From assembly GCF_009914755.1 (NCBI RefSeq), contig NC_060937.1: DNA of 64,000 nt; one strand, 5' to 3'. The first letter of the stretch is position 1; the number at the start of each line of letters is the position of its first letter. The notes under the pieces were generated by a model. It ran no database searches. It was not told the origin of the DNA and saw nothing but the letters and a program-made list of their open reading frames with translations. Both the position numbers and the translations under genes were made by a program. Origin of the DNA: the human T2T-CHM13v2.0 reference genome, Homo sapiens. Of the stretch, positions 25,874 through 44,063 are shown piece by piece.

Positions 25874-27710
25874 TTTTTAAAATTTATATAAATTTATGAG
25901 GTACAGGTTTAATTTTGTTAAATGCATAGATTGCACAGTGGTGAAGTCAGAGCATTTAGGGTATCCATCACCCAAACTGTGTACATTCTACCCATTAAGT
26001 AGTTTTTCATCCTCTACCTGCCTCCCACACCCTCGCCCTTCCAAGACACTATTGTCTATCATTCTACACTCTACATCCACGTGCACTCATTATTTAGCTC
26101 CAAATTGTAACTGAAATAAGCCATTTTTGTTTTTCTGTGTCTTGCCTGACTCACTAAAATAATGGCTGCCAGTTCCATTCATGGTGTACAAAATACATGA
26201 TTTCATTATTTTTAAAACTGAGTAGTATTCCATTATATATATGTATCACATTTTATTTATCCAATCATGGTTTGATGAACACTTAGGTTGATTCCATATG
26301 TTCACTATTGTGAATAATTCTGTGATCAACATAAAAGTGCAGTTTTTTTTTACAATGATTTCTTTTCCTTTGGGTAGATAAGTAGTAGTGGGAGTGCTGA
26401 ATTGAATAGTAGTTGTATTTTTAGTTCTTTGAGAAACATCAATAATGCTTTCTATAGATGTTGCATTAATTTACATTCTAACCAACAGTGTATAAGCATT
26501 CCCTTGTCTACACATTCTTGACAACATCTTTTTTTGAAATTATTATTAATGATGGTCTTCCTGACTGGAGTAAGATGATGCATCATTGTGGTGTTAACTT
26601 GCATTTCCCTGATTATTAGTGATGTTGAACATTTTTTCATATATCTGCTGGACATTTGTATGTCTCCTTTTGAAAAGTGTCTATTCAGGTCCTTGCCCAT
26701 GTTTAAATGAGGTTACTTATTTTTTCTGAGATCCCTGTATATTCTGGATATTAGAACCTTGTTGGATGCACATGTGGTAAATATTTTATCCTATTCTACA
26801 AGTTGGCTGTCAACTATATTGAATGTTTCTTTTGCTGTGCAGAAGATGTATAGTTTTATTTAGTCCTATTTGTTGATTTTTGTTTTTGTGGACTGTGATA
26901 TTGAGGTCTTACCTATGAATTTGTTGCCTAGACCAATGTCTAGCAGAGTTTTCCCTAAGTTTCCTTCTAATATGTTTATAGTTTCAGGTCTTACATTTTA
27001 CTCTTTGATAGATCTTGCTTTGGATTTTTTATATGGTGAGAGATTGGGGTCCTGTTTCATTCTTCTGCATAAGGCTATCCAATTTTCCCAGCACTGTTTA
27101 TTGAAAAGGGTGTTCTTTCCCCAATGTATGTTCTTGTAACTTTGGTATATATAAGTTGGCTGTACATATTGTCTTTATTTCTGGGTTCTCTATTCTGTTC
27201 CATTAAGCTATAAGTCGATTTTCATGCCAGTAACATGATTTTGTGGTTACTTATAGCATTGTTAAGTCAGGAAATGTGATGCCTCCAGATTTACTCTTTG
27301 TGCCTAGAATTGCCTTGGTTATTCCAAGCTCTTTTTTGCTTCATAGGAACTTTAGGATTGTTTTTTGCTTTCTGTGAAAAATAATATTGTTATTGTGATA
27401 GGAATTGCATTACATCTATAGATTGCATGAGGCAAAATGTTCATTCAAAAATATCGATTTTTTCAATCCATGAGCATAGGATGTTTTTCCATTTGTTCGT
27501 GTCATCTACAATTTCTGTCATCAGTGTTTCTGTTTTCTTGTACAGATCTTACACCAGTTTGATTAATTACATTCTTAGGTATTAAATTTTTGATAGCTAT
27601 TGTAAATAAGATTGTCTTCTTGATTTTATTCTCAGCTGGATGATTATTGGTGTATAAAAATGTGACTAATTTTTGTACATGATTTTGTAACCTGAAACAT
27701 TGTTGAAGTC

Positions 27711-27763
<53 letters not shown>

Positions 27764-27801
27764 GATCTAGGAGCCTTTGGGCAGAGTCTATGGAGTTTTC
27801 T
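25874..27801 (-). mobile_element. L1PB-class 3'UTR and ORF2 C-terminal part
   Basis: Antisense 3'UTR (ggtacaggtttaattttgttaaatgcatagattgc...). ORF-track peptide [26 protein letters not shown] is L1 ORF2. Confidence 0.9.
27713..27762. repeat. (ATT)n microsatellite inside L1
   Basis: Direct observation; gives poly-Asn in the ORF track. Confidence 0.95.
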
Positions 27802-30800
27802 TGTTTCCATTTCATTCAGGTTAGTTCTGATTGTGTTTAATTTATTTTTTCTGCTAGCTTTGGGGTTAGTTTGCTTTTGCTTTTCAAGTTTGGCTAGGTG
27901 TGATATTAGCTTGTTTATTTGAGCTCTTTCTAATTTTTTAATGTAAGTGTTTAGCATTATTATCTTTTCTCTTAACACTGCTTTAGCTGTGTCTGAGAGA
28001 TTCTGATACGTGGTGTCTTTGTTTTCATTAGTTTCAAAGAATTTCTTGATTTCTGCCTTAATTTTATTATTTACCCAAAATTCAGGAGCAAATTGTTTAA
28101 CTCCCATATAATTGTATGGTTTTCAGAGATTTTCTTAGTCTGATTTCTGTTTCTATTGCACTGTGGCCCCGTGGTGTTGGTATGATTTTTTTTTAATTTT
28201 TAATTTGTTGAGAATTGCTTTATGGCAAGTATAAGATAAATTTTAGAGTATGTGCCATTTACAAATGAGAAGAACGTGTATTCTGTTTTTGTTATGTGGA
28301 TTGTTCTGTAGTTGTCTCTTAGATCCATTTGGTCTAGTAACTAGTTTAGGTCCCAAATAGCTTTGTTAGTATTCTTCCCTGATGATCTGCCCAATACATT
28401 TGCTGGGGAGTTGAAGTCTCTCACTATTACTGAGTGGTAATGAAAGTCTCTTTGCCAATCTCTAAGATTTTGTTTTATCAATCTATGTGCTCCAATGTTG
28501 GGTGCATATATATTTAGGATAGTTAAGTCTTCTTGTTGAACTGAATTTTTTATCATTATATAGTGTCCTGCTTTGTCTTTTTTGATTGCTGTTGGTTTAA
28601 AGTTGATTTTGTCTAAAATAAAAATAGCAAGCCCTGCTTTTTAAAAATTTCCTATTGCTTGATATATCTTTCTCCATCCTTTTACTTTGAGCCTATGGGT
28701 GTCCTTCCATGTGAGATGGATCTCTTGAAGACAGCCTAGAGTTGGGTCTTGCTTCTTTATCCAACTTGCCACTCTGTACCTTTTAGGTAGGATGTTTAAC
28801 CTATTTATACTTAAGTCTAATATTGACATGTGCAGATTTGATTGTCATCATGATGTTAGCTGTTTTTACATGTAGACTTGATTGGGGATTTGTTTTATAA
28901 TATCGATGGTCTATATACCTGACTGTGCTTTTGTGATGGCTGGAAATGACCTTTCATTTCCGTGCTGCATGCTACCTTAAGGACCTCTTGTTATACAGGC
29001 CTGTTGGTAAGGAATTTGATTAGAATTTGCTTGTCTGAAAAGAATTGTATTTCTCCTTTACTCAAATTCTTGGTTGGAGTTTTCTTTTCCTTAAGGATGC
29101 TGAATATAGGCCCCCAATCTCTTCTGTCTTGTAAGGTTTCTGTTGAAAGATCTGCTGTTGGCCTGATGAGGTTCCCTTTGTAAGTAATCTGCCCCTTCTT
29201 TCTATTTGCCTTTCATATTTTTTCTTTTGTTCTGACCTTGAAGAATCTCATAACTGTGTGTCTTGGGGATGGTCTTTTCATTTAGTATCTTGTGGGGGTC
29301 CTTTGAACTTCCTGAATTTGCATGTCAATCTCTCTCGGGGGTGGGGGTGCAGTTTTTGTGGGCAGTATCCTCAAATAGAATTTCCAGGCTACTTGTTCTC
29401 TCTCCCTCTCTTTCAAGAATGCAAATGATTTGTAGATTTGTTATCTGTACATAATCTCATATTTCTCAGGAGTTTTGTTCATTTTTAAATTATTTTTTCT
29501 AATTTTTTTTTCTGACTGAGTTAATTTGAAGAACCAGCATTCAAACTCAGAAATTCTTTCCTCAGCTTGGTCTACTATGCTGCTAAAACTTTAAATTTTG
29601 TTATGAAATATTTGTAGTGAGTTTTTCAGTTCAATCAGCTCAGTTCAGCTCCTCATTAAAATGGCTATTTTATCTTTCTTCTCTTGAAACATTTTACTGG
29701 TGCTTTGGTGTGGGTCTGTTTTCCCACCCAAATGTCATGTTGAATTGTTTTGCCTTGAAGGCATTTCAGAGACCTTCATGGCAGACCCTCCCATCACAGG
29801 CCAAGAGGCCTAGGAGTAAAGAATGGTTTCATGGGCCAGGCCGGTGGTGTCACTGCCCTGTGCAGCATCAGGACACTACTGCCTGCATCCCAGTCACTCC
29901 AGCTCCAGCCATGGCTAAAGGGACCTACATACAGCACAGGCCACTGCTTTAGAGGGTGCAAGCCATAAACCTTTGTGGTTTCCATGTGGTGGTAAGCCTG
30001 TGGGTGCACAGAATGCAAGAGTTGAGGCTTGGGATCCTTTGCCTATATTTTGGAGGATGTATGGAAAATCCAGAATGTTCAGGCAGAAGCCAGCTGCAGG
30101 GATGGAGCCATCATGGAGAACCCACAGTAGAACAGTGAGGAGGGGAAGTGTGAGGTTGGAGCCTCTACACAGAGTACCCACTGGGGCACTGCCTAGTGGA
30201 GCTGTAAGAAAAGGGCCACCATTCTCCAGACCCTGGAATGGTAGAGTCACTGACAGGTTGCACTATGTCTCTGGAAAAATTACAAGTGTTCAACAGCAGC
30301 CCATGACAGCAGCTATGGGGACTGAACCCTGCAAAGCCACAGGGGCAGAGCTGCCCAAGGCCTTGGGAGCCCACCCCTCACACCAATGAATTCTGGATGT
30401 GGAGCATGAATTCAAAGGAGATTATCCTGGAGCTTTACAGTTTAGTGACTTCCCTGCTGGGTTTCAGACTTGCACGGGGCCTTTAGCCCCACCCCCTTTT
30501 TTTTTTGGCTGATTTTTCCCTTTTAGAATGGGAATATTTACCTACTACCTTACCCCCATTATATCTTGGAAGTAACTAATTTTTTATTTTACAGGCTCAG
30601 GACAGAAGGAACTAGTCTCATCTCAGATGAGACTTTGGACTTTGGAATTTTTGAGTTAAGGCTGGAATGAGTTAAGACTTTGGGGGACTGTTGTGAGAAG
30701 GACATGAGATTTGAGAGGGGCCAACGGAGGAAATAATACGGTTTGGGCCTGTGTCCTTGCCAAAATCTCATGTCAAATTTTAATCCCCAATATTGGAGGC

Positions 30801-33029
30801 AGGGTCTGGTTGGAGGCGATTGGATCATGGGAGCAGAATTCCCCCCTTGGTGCTGTTCTTGTGATAGAGAGTGAATTCTTATGAGATATGGTCATTTGAA
30901 AGTGTCTGGCAACTCCCCTGCTCTCTCACTTCCTCCTGCTCTGGCCATGTGAAGTGCCGGCTTCCCCTTCACCTTCTGCCATGATTGTAAATTTCCTGAA
31001 GCCTCCCAAGAAGCTGAGCAGTTGTTGCCATGCTTCCTGCACAGCCTGCAGAATCATGAGCCAATTAAACCTATTTTCTTTATAAATTACCCCAGCCTAA
31101 GTTATTTTTTACAGCAATGTGAGAACTGACTAATACAACTGGATCCCATAGAATCCTTGGAATTTGTTTCAACATTCTTCTGAATCTCAAGGATCTTAAT
31201 TGCTATCCAGACTCCAGATTCTATGTCTTTTACTTCAGCTATTTCCTTCTGATTAATAACCATTGCTGGAGAGCTGTTGTGGTGTTTGGAGGTAAGAAGA
31301 CACTCTGGCTTTTAGAGTTGCCAGAATTCTTGCACTGGTTCTTTCTCATCTCTGTGGACCAATGTTCCCTTTACCTTGGTGTAATTTGAGCACAGTCAGT
31401 TGGCTTCACTTCTACATGTTTTCAGAGGGCCAAGGCTTTGTGCAGCATCTTTATTTTTGGCTGAATTTGTGTCCCTGGTCTCACAGGGGGATATAGTAAT
31501 CTAAGTATTTTTTGTTGTTGAAGTTTGGGCTGTGATGCAGTAGATGGCGGTAAAGCAAAATGCCCTTTAGGTAGGCTTTTGCTCAGCCATGTAGCTCTTC
31601 TGTATTTCCTCCTGTTTGTAGCCATGCTTCTCCTCAGGGCTCTGAGAGTGTGAACTCCTCTCTTACTTGAGTGCTGGCTACAGATCTTAGCTTGTCACTC
31701 TTGGGCTGTGCACCACAGCCATGGGGCAAGCTCAGGCTTTTTTCCCTCTCAAGCTTGGGGGAAGCAGGGACTAGGACTTTGGTAGTGGTAATGGGAGAAG
31801 GCCTTTTCCTTGTCTCTTGGAGCTCCACCCTAGAGCAATGAAGAGCATCTGCCAATGGGAACAATCAGCCCAGGGCATGGTGGCTGCATTTCAGGCCCAA
31901 GCCAGGGGTCCCTGCCTGGTGAAGAGCAGGGGGTTGGGGACTCACTGAGAAGAGAGACTCATCTCAATTCCCTGTGGTGACTAGCATGCTGGAGGTATGA
32001 GTAAAGCACTCAGGCTGCTTGTTTCTTCCCCCGTTAGAGGGCAGTAAGGGCATTACTGCTGCATTGGCAGTGGCAGAAGGGAGGGGGATTGTCTCTAATA
32101 TTTACTCCTCAGACAAATGCAGAACAGGCACCAACTGATATGCTGTGCCTTGGCAGGGGCAGGGCAGCTGCGCTAGGGGGCCAGGTTGAGAGACCCTGGC
32201 CACTGAGGAGTTACAGGATCAGGGGTTCACGTGCAACACAGCCTGGCCACTTTTCTGGAGGGCAGCTGTGTTGTGCTGGAGGCCTGCAATAGTCCTTCAT
32301 CTCTCTGCTCCCTATGGAACCTGAAGGCAGTTGGGTTGGGGGCTGCAGCAGCAGCAAAAATGTCAGACCTGTGTTTTACTTCTGGGAGTTCTGTCCCACG
32401 GAAATGCAGAACTGCCACAGGCCTAAGAGCTCAGGCAGCTTGGGGTGGCTGTGCTAAAGTCCTAGGCCAATTGTCTTTGTCTAATGAGGTGTAGCAGAGG
32501 CCAAGCCTGCAGACCATTTTCTCCTCAGCACCATGGATGGGCCCCTTTCCTGGGGAGTGTGAAAAAGCCTGGCCTCCATTGTTGGTAGAGCTACAGTCAC
32601 TGGTGTCAAGGTGCTCAGGGGTCCAAGGCACCTGGGACTCTGTGTGTCTTAGTGGAGGCTCTGCTCGTACTCCATGTAGCATTCTCTGTCACTCTGGAGG
32701 TCCCAGGGAGGGAAGAGGATCAGGGGAGATTTCCTATGCCCAGGTTTGCAAAGGCCTGTGGCAGAAGTGTGTCTGTGAGAAGAGCCAGGCGCTCTTGCTC
32801 ACTCACCATTTCCCTATGGTAGGGAGCCTCCCTTTGTTCCATGCCAATCCCAGGTGGGTGGCTGTCCTATCTCACTTCTCTGTTCTCCGTGGGTCCTATT
32901 GCTTCCTTAATGAATCACAAAGTGCTCTTCTGGACAATTCAGTTCAAAAAATAGTGTTTACTCACCACACTCTCTCCTCTCTCTGGGAGTGGCACACACT
33001 AGCTGCTTCTAGTCAGCCATCTTCTGGCC
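27802..33029 (-). mobile_element. L1 5' half (ORF2 endonuclease, ORF1, 5'UTR), interrupted by MSTA
   Basis: Peptides [37 protein letters not shown] and RVASWIKKQDP. 5' terminus gcttctagtcagccatcttctggcc. Confidence 0.88.
29701..31137 (+). mobile_element. MSTA-type MaLR: truncated 5' LTR, partial internal region, complete 3' LTR (30734-31137)
   Basis: TSD actgg at 29696-29700 and 31138-31142. The internal region is homologous to the THE1 internal region at 50270-51270. Confidence 0.9.
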
Positions 33030-34965
33030 TTTATCACTTGAAGGCATGTTTCTTCTATGCTTAAGTTGTTGAGGGTGTTTAGCATGAAGACACACAGGAT
33101 TTCATCAAATGCTTTTTTTACATCTATTGGGATGCTCATATGAGTTTTGTACTTAATTTTGTTTATATAATGTTCATATTTATTGATTTGCATATGTTGA
33201 ATTATCTTTGCATTTCTGGTATAAAACCCATTTGATTGTCGTGTATTATCTTTATGATACACTGTTGAATTTGATTGGATAGTATTTTGGTGAGGGTTTT
33301 GCATCTATGTTAATCAGGAATATTGGTCTGCAGTTTTCTTCTTTCATTGTGTGCTTGTCTGATTTTAGTATAAAAGAGATATTGGCCTTGTAGAATAAGT
33401 TAGGGATAATTCTCTCTTTGCTGTTTTTTTTTTTTTTTGTGACAATTTCAGGAGGATTTCTATTAGTTCTTCTTTGCATATTGGTAGAATAATTCAGCTG
33501 CTAATCCATCTCTTCCTGGGCTTTTCTTTGTATGGAGATTTTTAAAAACTGATACAGTCTCACCACTCATTATTATTGGTCTATTCAGGTTTTCTATTTC
33601 TTTTTGATAAATCTTAAAAAGTGGTATGTTTGGGGAATTTTTCTGTTTCCTCTAGGTTTTCCAGTTTGTGAGCATAGAGTTGGTAATAGTCTCTGATGAT
33701 CTTTGTATTTATGTGGTATCAGTTGTAATGTCTTTTGTTATATTTGATTTTGTTTATTTAGATCTTTATTCTTATTTTCTTGGTTAGACTAGCTAGGAGT
33801 TTATCAATTGTTTTCATCTTTTTGATGAACCAACTGTTTATTTCTTTAATCCTTTGTAATTTTTTCTTTATATCTTTATATCTTTTATGTTTCTGATTTA
33901 TTTTCTTTAGCAAATTTTGGGTTTGGTTTATTCTTGCTTTTCTAGTTCATTGAGTTGTGATGTTTCATTGTTTATTTTTAATCTTTCTACTTCTTATGTA
34001 AGCATTTAAGGCTGTAAACTTCACTCTTTGCACTACTTTTGTTGTATCTCAGCAGGTTTGGTAAGCTATATTTCCATTTTTATTTATTTCAATAAATTTT
34101 TACATTTCCATCTTATTTGTTGGCCCAATGGTCATTCATAAATGTGTTTGATAATTTCCATGTATTTATATAATTTCCAAAGATTTCTTTGGTGTTGTTT
34201 TCTACTTGTATGCCACTGTGGTCTGAGTAAATACTTGATATGATTTCTATTTTGCTTTTAATTTGTTGAGACCTGTTTTGTGGCCTAATATTTAGTCTAT
34301 CTAAGAGAATATTCCATGTGCTGATGAGAACTATCTATATTATGTGGTTGTTGGGTAGAATATTCTATAAATGCATATTAGGTCTATTTGGTCTAATGTG
34401 CAATTTAAATCCAGTGGTTTTTTTTTTGTTGTTGATTTTATGTCTTGATGATCTGTCTAGGATTTGAGTGGGATGTTGAAATCCTCACTATTATTTTATT
34501 GCTGTCCATCTCCTTCTTTAGGTCTAGTAACATTTGTTTTATGAATCTGGTACATATACAAATGGGTACATATATTTGAATTATTATATTCTCTTGCTGA
34601 ATTGATAGCTTTATCATTATATAATGACTTTTTTAAAAACTGGTTTCAATTTAAAGCCTGTTTTATCTAATATTAACACAGTTATGCTTAATTTTGTGTT
34701 TTGTTTGTGTGGAATATCTTTTTCCACACCTTTACTTTCAGTCTTTCTGTGTCTTTACAGGTAAGGTGAATTTATTGTTAGCAGTATATAGTTACATTAT
34801 GATTTTTTAATCAGTTATGTCAATCTATATCTTTTAAGTGGAACACTTAATCAATTTACGTTCATGGTTAAAACTGATACGTAAAGTTTTGTTCCTGTTA
34901 TATTCTTAATTGTTTTTTATTTTTTTTCTATGTCTACTTATCTTTGATTCAGTGGAACTCTGTAG

Positions 34966-35331
<366 letters not shown>

Positions 35332-36111
35332 TGATTTATTTCTCTTTTTTTGTGTGCGATTGCTTTACCTGTGAGTTTTATACATTCATATGTTGTTAGA
35401 GTGGTGAATGTTATTCTTTCATTTCTAGTTAGGACTCTTTTGATTATTTCTTGTAGGACTAGTCTGGTGGTGATGAATTCCCTCAACATTTGTGTGGCTG
35501 GAAAAGATTTTATTTCTCCTTCATTTATAAACCTTTATTTTGCTCGGTATAGAGTTCTGGGCTAGAAGTTTTATTTCTTTCAGCAATTCTGACCTGCTTT
35601 CCCATTCTCTTCCATCCTGTATGATTTCTGCTGAGATGTCTGCTTGTTAGTTTGATGGGCTTTCTTTATAAGCGACTAGATGCTTTTCTCTTGTTAATTT
35701 TAGAATCCTTTCTTTCACTTTGGCTTTAGACTGATTACAGTTTGTGGTAAGTCCCTTTTTGCCATAAATTTCCTAGGGATTATTGGTCCTACTATATCTG
35801 GATGTCTAAATCTCTTGCTAGACTTGGGAAATTTTCATTAATTATTTTATTAAATAGGTCTTCAAAATATTTTAATTTGTATTCACCCCGGGGAATATAA
35901 TTCTTAAGTTCAATTGCTTGATGTAGTCTCAAATGTGTTGAAGCCTATGCACATTCTTTTTAATTTCTTTGTTCTATATTTTTGTCTGACTGCATTATTT
36001 CAAAAGACCTTTTCTGAAGTTGTGAAATTATTTTGCTTGATCTTATCATGGTTGAGACTTTTGAAATTTTTAAAAATTAATTCAATAAAGTTTTGAGGTT
36101 TAGAATTTTTG

Positions 36112-36120
36112 TATGTGTGT

Positions 36121-36155
<35 letters not shown>

Positions 36156-36162
36156 TGTGTGT
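36112..36162. repeat. (TG)n microsatellite
   Basis: Direct observation. Confidence 0.95.
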
Positions 36163-38044
36163 GAATTGTTGGTTTTTTTTTTTTCAGATATAAATCTCCC
36201 TGGTAAATTTCTCATTTATATCCTGAATTTATTTTTTTAATTTTTTTGTATTGGTTTTTAAATTTCTCTTGCATCTCATTGAACTTCTTTAAAACCAATG
36301 TTTTGAATTTATTATATGACATTTCAATGATTTTTTTTTTGTTAACACCTATTGCTGGAGAACTATTGTGTTTCTCTGAAGGTGTCATATTACTTTGATT
36401 TTTGCTCTGGAGTAATAGTTGCTTCTTTTTAATTTAAAATTACTTTCATGGGAGGGGATTTTTTTTTTCTTGAACATATTACTATGATATTTACTTGGTA
36501 TGGCATTTGGCTCTGGTTCTTTGCAGTGATGAAAACTGTGTAAGATTTCTTTGGCTATACATAGCCTTGGTATCTGTGGATTGCTCAGCGAGTTAGGGTG
36601 CAGCCATGGGTGGGAGATGTGGGGAAGTTGTGCTGAGGACTGGAATGCCTAATAAGTTCTTCAGGTTTCGTTGGTAGTAGTGGTGGGCTCAGCATGTTTA
36701 TCATTGTGACCTGGGGTAATGTATGCTGGCACCTGAGGTGGCAGTTCCAGGCAGGCTGGTTCCTGGGCTTCTGAGTGGCTTTCTCAGATGCCAGTAGTAG
36801 CAGTGGTGCGGTAAGGAGGTGGGTGGGCTTTTGGCATCCTTGGAACCTGTGGTGTGGTGGGTGATGGCAGTAGCAGTGGTCATGAGATCCTTTTGTAGTT
36901 CCTGAGTGTTTTTGTCCTAGCAGCTGTTATAATGGTAATGAAATATATGGGCTATCCTCTAGGCCAGTAGGTGGCACTTGCAGATAAAAAATAATAATAA
37001 TAATACAGCTGTGGGGGTAGTGGTAGGATGTATAAATCTGACCTGTGTTCCCTGAGGGAAGTGCTTGGGTGTCCCACATGGTGGATTGATTTGTGGAACA
37101 CCCATAAGCATGGATCCCACACTGTTTCAGAGAATGGGGAGAAGTTTGGCAGAGCTGAACCAGACGACCTTGAACCCAGGCCTCCTAATGGCAGGCACAG
37201 GCACCACCCTTGTCAGGACAGGACAAGGCAATCCTCAGGGTGCCCAGCTCCACCAGTGGCTAGATCCTACTCCACACTCAATTCTCAGAACTACTTGTGG
37301 TAACCCATCCTGCAGTAAAGTTCCATTTCCATAATGGCCTCCTACGCATCCCTAACAGCCAGGACCAATGCTGCTACTCTCAAGGACCATGCACAGTTGG
37401 CTCAGAGCTAGGCTCAAGAATGGCATCCCAGGTCTGTAAAAGTGCATGAGACACTCCTGAAGCAATTCCTTCTCACAGTCTTCTGGCTGCTTCTCAAGTT
37501 AGATTCAGGGATTGGGAGGGTCAGGTTCTCCCCTTGTTCCTCAACTTGCACAATTCCCCAGCAGGAAAGTGAACCACAAAAGCACACTCACTTACCCTTT
37601 CCCATGTTGAGGATTCGCACCCAACTCCTGGCTGATGCTGGCCACTCAGGCTGCCCATTTTCTTTTTTCCTCCCAGATTTGAAGACTTCCATTCAACTTT
37701 CTGTTGAACTCCTGTGTTCCTTCCTGAATAATGTGTTCAAAGTGTGATTGTCTACATACTATTTTGGTTCTGCCAAACGGAGGAGGAATGCTTGAAATGC
37801 TTCTAGTCAGCTATCTTGGAGACAAAAAAAAAAAAAAAAAAAAAAAAAACCAAAGCAGTTCTGGTAGATGATGATGACATTTTGATTAGTTAAAATGGTA
37901 AAACCATCTATATACTCATGATAACATTCATGGTTAAAAGAATGACATAATACCCAAGTATAAATATTTAATCACTATGATGAAACAACAATATATGCTA
38001 GCTTCTTTTTTGTTGCACATTTTACGTATTAAATATATGTGCTA

Positions 38045-39918
<1,874 letters not shown>

Positions 39919-42101
39919 TTAAAACACAACATTCACTTATCTGAATAACTCAGTTTGATGTTGATAGAAATAATCATATAGAATATCTAGTAATGGTTAT
40001 AAATTTAAAATTGTAAGTGCCTGTTCTGTAGAGAAATATGACTTCAAGTCCTGTAATGGCTTATACTTGTGTTCATTTACTTTCTGAATGCTCATGCTAG
40101 ATGGTCCACTCGATAAATACTAAGTCACCTGATTTGAACTTGTTTCTAACATGACTGTTGTGAATTATAGCTTCATAACAAATCAGACATTACTTTGAGG
40201 TTAATGAAATCATTAAATAATTCCTATTCTTGATTTTAGCATTTTCTCAGAGTCCCTAATCTAGGGATGCACAAAGTATTTTTGAGATTCACTATGTCAA
40301 GAAAAGGGCACCCATGATTAATTAATACCTGCCATAACTTAATGTATTAATGGAGACCACCAAGGGTGAGAAAGATCATTTTATACGAAATTATAAATTG
40401 GACAATTATGACCTCATCTGGAGGTCATTCCTGGCCTTCCAGAATATATGAACAGAAATTGGAGGATGGTCCCTGAGACTTCATTATTTTTGCTTTTATG
40501 ATTAAAAGAGAATGAAAATTTGGCTTTTGAATGTCATCATTTACTTATTTTTAACATTTCTTTAAAATGAGTGTCCTTTTGTAGTTCCTGATGACATGTT
40601 TGTCATACATTACATTTTATTAATACTTAATAAAATTATCTTAAGTTATTAACAGGTAATAACTTAAAATGGCATGTTTTGGACTTTTACTGAAGTCATA
40701 TGACCATTGCCAAATTAGACAAGAATTGTATTTTTTTACACGTTTATTTTCTTGTTAACAATATTTTAGTAATAGGATAAGCCTCTATTGACTTGTACCA
40801 ATTAGACTTAAATTTTACAATTGTTTATACAAATAAATTTGACTGTTTTAGTACAAAAATATTCATATTAGTATACAGAGAGAAATAAAACTTTTATCAC
40901 ATAATGTAACAAAATGCTATTTAATGTATAATGTAGCATAACATAATGTAAACTGTAATATGATATACTATACTATAGCATAATATGATAAAATATAATA
41001 TAATATGTACTATTGGGTTTGTAACAAACATGTCTTCCGAGTTTTGCGAAAGTTACAATTCCATGATAGGTACAAAAGTGTTCCAAACTACTGCTTCCAC
41101 AAAAACAAACAAACAAACAAAATACCCATCAATTTTGAATATGTCTTTCCCTATACAATATGTTATGTCAATTATTTGTGGTTTTGTTTATTTGTGTGTG
41201 TGTGTGATATGTTTACTAATTTGCACATTTTAGTCATTCTTTTTGAATTGACCCTTTTATTGTTGTATAATGATCTTCTTTGTCTCTTTTTGCAGTTTTT
41301 GATTTAAACATATTTTATCTAATACAGGTATTCTCATCTCTTTTGATTTCTATTTGAACAGAATACGTTTTTCCATTTCTTCACTTTCAGTCTATGTGTG
41401 TCTTTACATCTGAAGTGAGTCTCTTATAGACAGCACACAGTTGGGTTATGTTTACTTTTCATCCATTCTTTAGCTAAATGTCTTTTTGTTGGAGAATTAG
41501 ATCCTTTTATTTTAAAAGTGATTATTGCTATATATTGACTTTATACTGCTGATTTGCTATTTTTTTCTACTTGTTTTGTAGATCCTTTTTCCCTTTCTTC
41601 CTTTTTTGCTATTATCTTCCTTTACTGTTAAGTAATTTTCTCCAGTGGTATATTTTTATTTTTTGAATTTCATTTTTTTGTGTGTATCTACTATAAGTCT
41701 TTGCTGTAGTTACCATGAAGCTTTAAAAATTACACATTAAACAGCTTATTTAAGCGAATAATAACTTAAGTTTGATCACATAAAATACCTTTATACTTTT
41801 ACTCCACTTCCATAATATTTTACACTTTTGTGTGATGATTTACATCTTTTTATATTTCATATTGCTTAAAACATTATTATAGCAATTCTATTTTTAATAG
41901 TTTTATCTTTTAACCTTTATATTACAGATATAAGTGAATTACACATCAGCATTACAGTAGTAGAGTATTCTGAATTTAACTATGTGCTTACTTTTTTCAG
42001 TGAGTTTTATACTTTCAGATGTTTTTATGTTACTCATTAGTATCTTTTTTTCTTTGAACTTGAAGACTTCCTTTATCCTTTCTCATAAGATGGGTCTCAT
42101 G

Positions 42102-42845
<744 letters not shown>

Positions 42846-43414
42846 GGGGATCACCTTTTGAAGTCCAGGGAAAAGTCCTGTGCTCACTTTCCTCTCTTTC
42901 TTCGAAGCAAAGGGTATCTCTTTCCATGGTGTACTGCCTGGGGCTGAGGGGAGGGTTGATACGGTTAGTGTAAAACAGTCTTTCCTACTCTCTTCAATGC
43001 CTTTTCAATGTGTCTTTTCTTATGACTGTGGTGCAGTCAGGTATTGTGATCTCTCAGCTGGTTTCCTTAGCTCTTGTGAAGTTACTTTTGAGTGTAGATA
43101 GTTGTTCATGTTGACATTTCGGCAGCAGGAAGACCTCTGAAGAATCTTATTTTCCCACCATCCTCTAGTTCTGTTGTTTATTTTTGAATCACATAACGAT
43201 TTTAATTTGTTGCTTTCTTTTCAGAGATTGGGCACATGCATGTATTCAGATAGAAAACTTCCACAATGATTCAAAAAAAATGTTTTTAAAAAAAATACTT
43301 ATTCTATGTGGGTATTACTTTTATTTTTATCTTAAAAAATCCCTCTATAATAGTGTTATGATTATTGCAAGGTGATGGAAACGCTGTACTTTATACATTA
43401 CATAGCTTACTCTG

Positions 43415-44063
43415 TCCCACAAATCTGATTGGTTTTTACACTGCAAACAAAATTATCTTTTTAAAATGTAAATCTAGTAATATCACTGAATTTGTAAAAT
43501 GTATTTTACATCTTATTATTCATAGACTAAAAACACAAACATTTAACTTGGCCTACAAAATCCAGTACTTTCTATTCCTTGAAAATCTTTTCACTTTATC
43601 TCATACTTTTTGTTCCCAGCTGTCTATGCTCCAACTTCACCGGACAGGTGTGGGTTTCTCAAACATTCAATGCTCTTTCCTGTGATATTGGCTTTCCTGT
43701 CTATTGTTCTCTTGCTAGAAATGTCCTCTGAAGAGCTCTATTTCTTTCTCAAACATTAAACTTTGTCTGTTTAACTTCTAACAGTTCTTCATTTTTACAG
43801 CTTAAAAGGTATGCTTTTGCAGAAAACCTTCATTAGCTTCCAAATTAGTGAGGTGCACTTCATGTGTTATGAATAATATTTTGGACTTTTATCACAATTA
43901 TTTCAATTTTCTAATTTTGAATTTACTTGGGTGAGTATTTGTGTTCTGCCCCTAGACTGTGAACTGTCAAAGGGTAGAATCTATCAACTTTTCTTACCTT
44001 CTTATACATGACCAATGCCTGCTCATAAGAGGTACTCAATAAATATATGTTAAATGAATGAAT
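43415..44063 (+). mobile_element. L2 3' end
   Basis: ctagactgtgaactgtcaaagggtag...ggtactcaataaatatatgttaaatgaatgaat. Confidence 0.7.

Noticed and set aside
27502-28107. 201-aa ORF with a poly-Asn run
   Set aside because: Chance read-through across an L1 deletion junction and an (ATT)n microsatellite.
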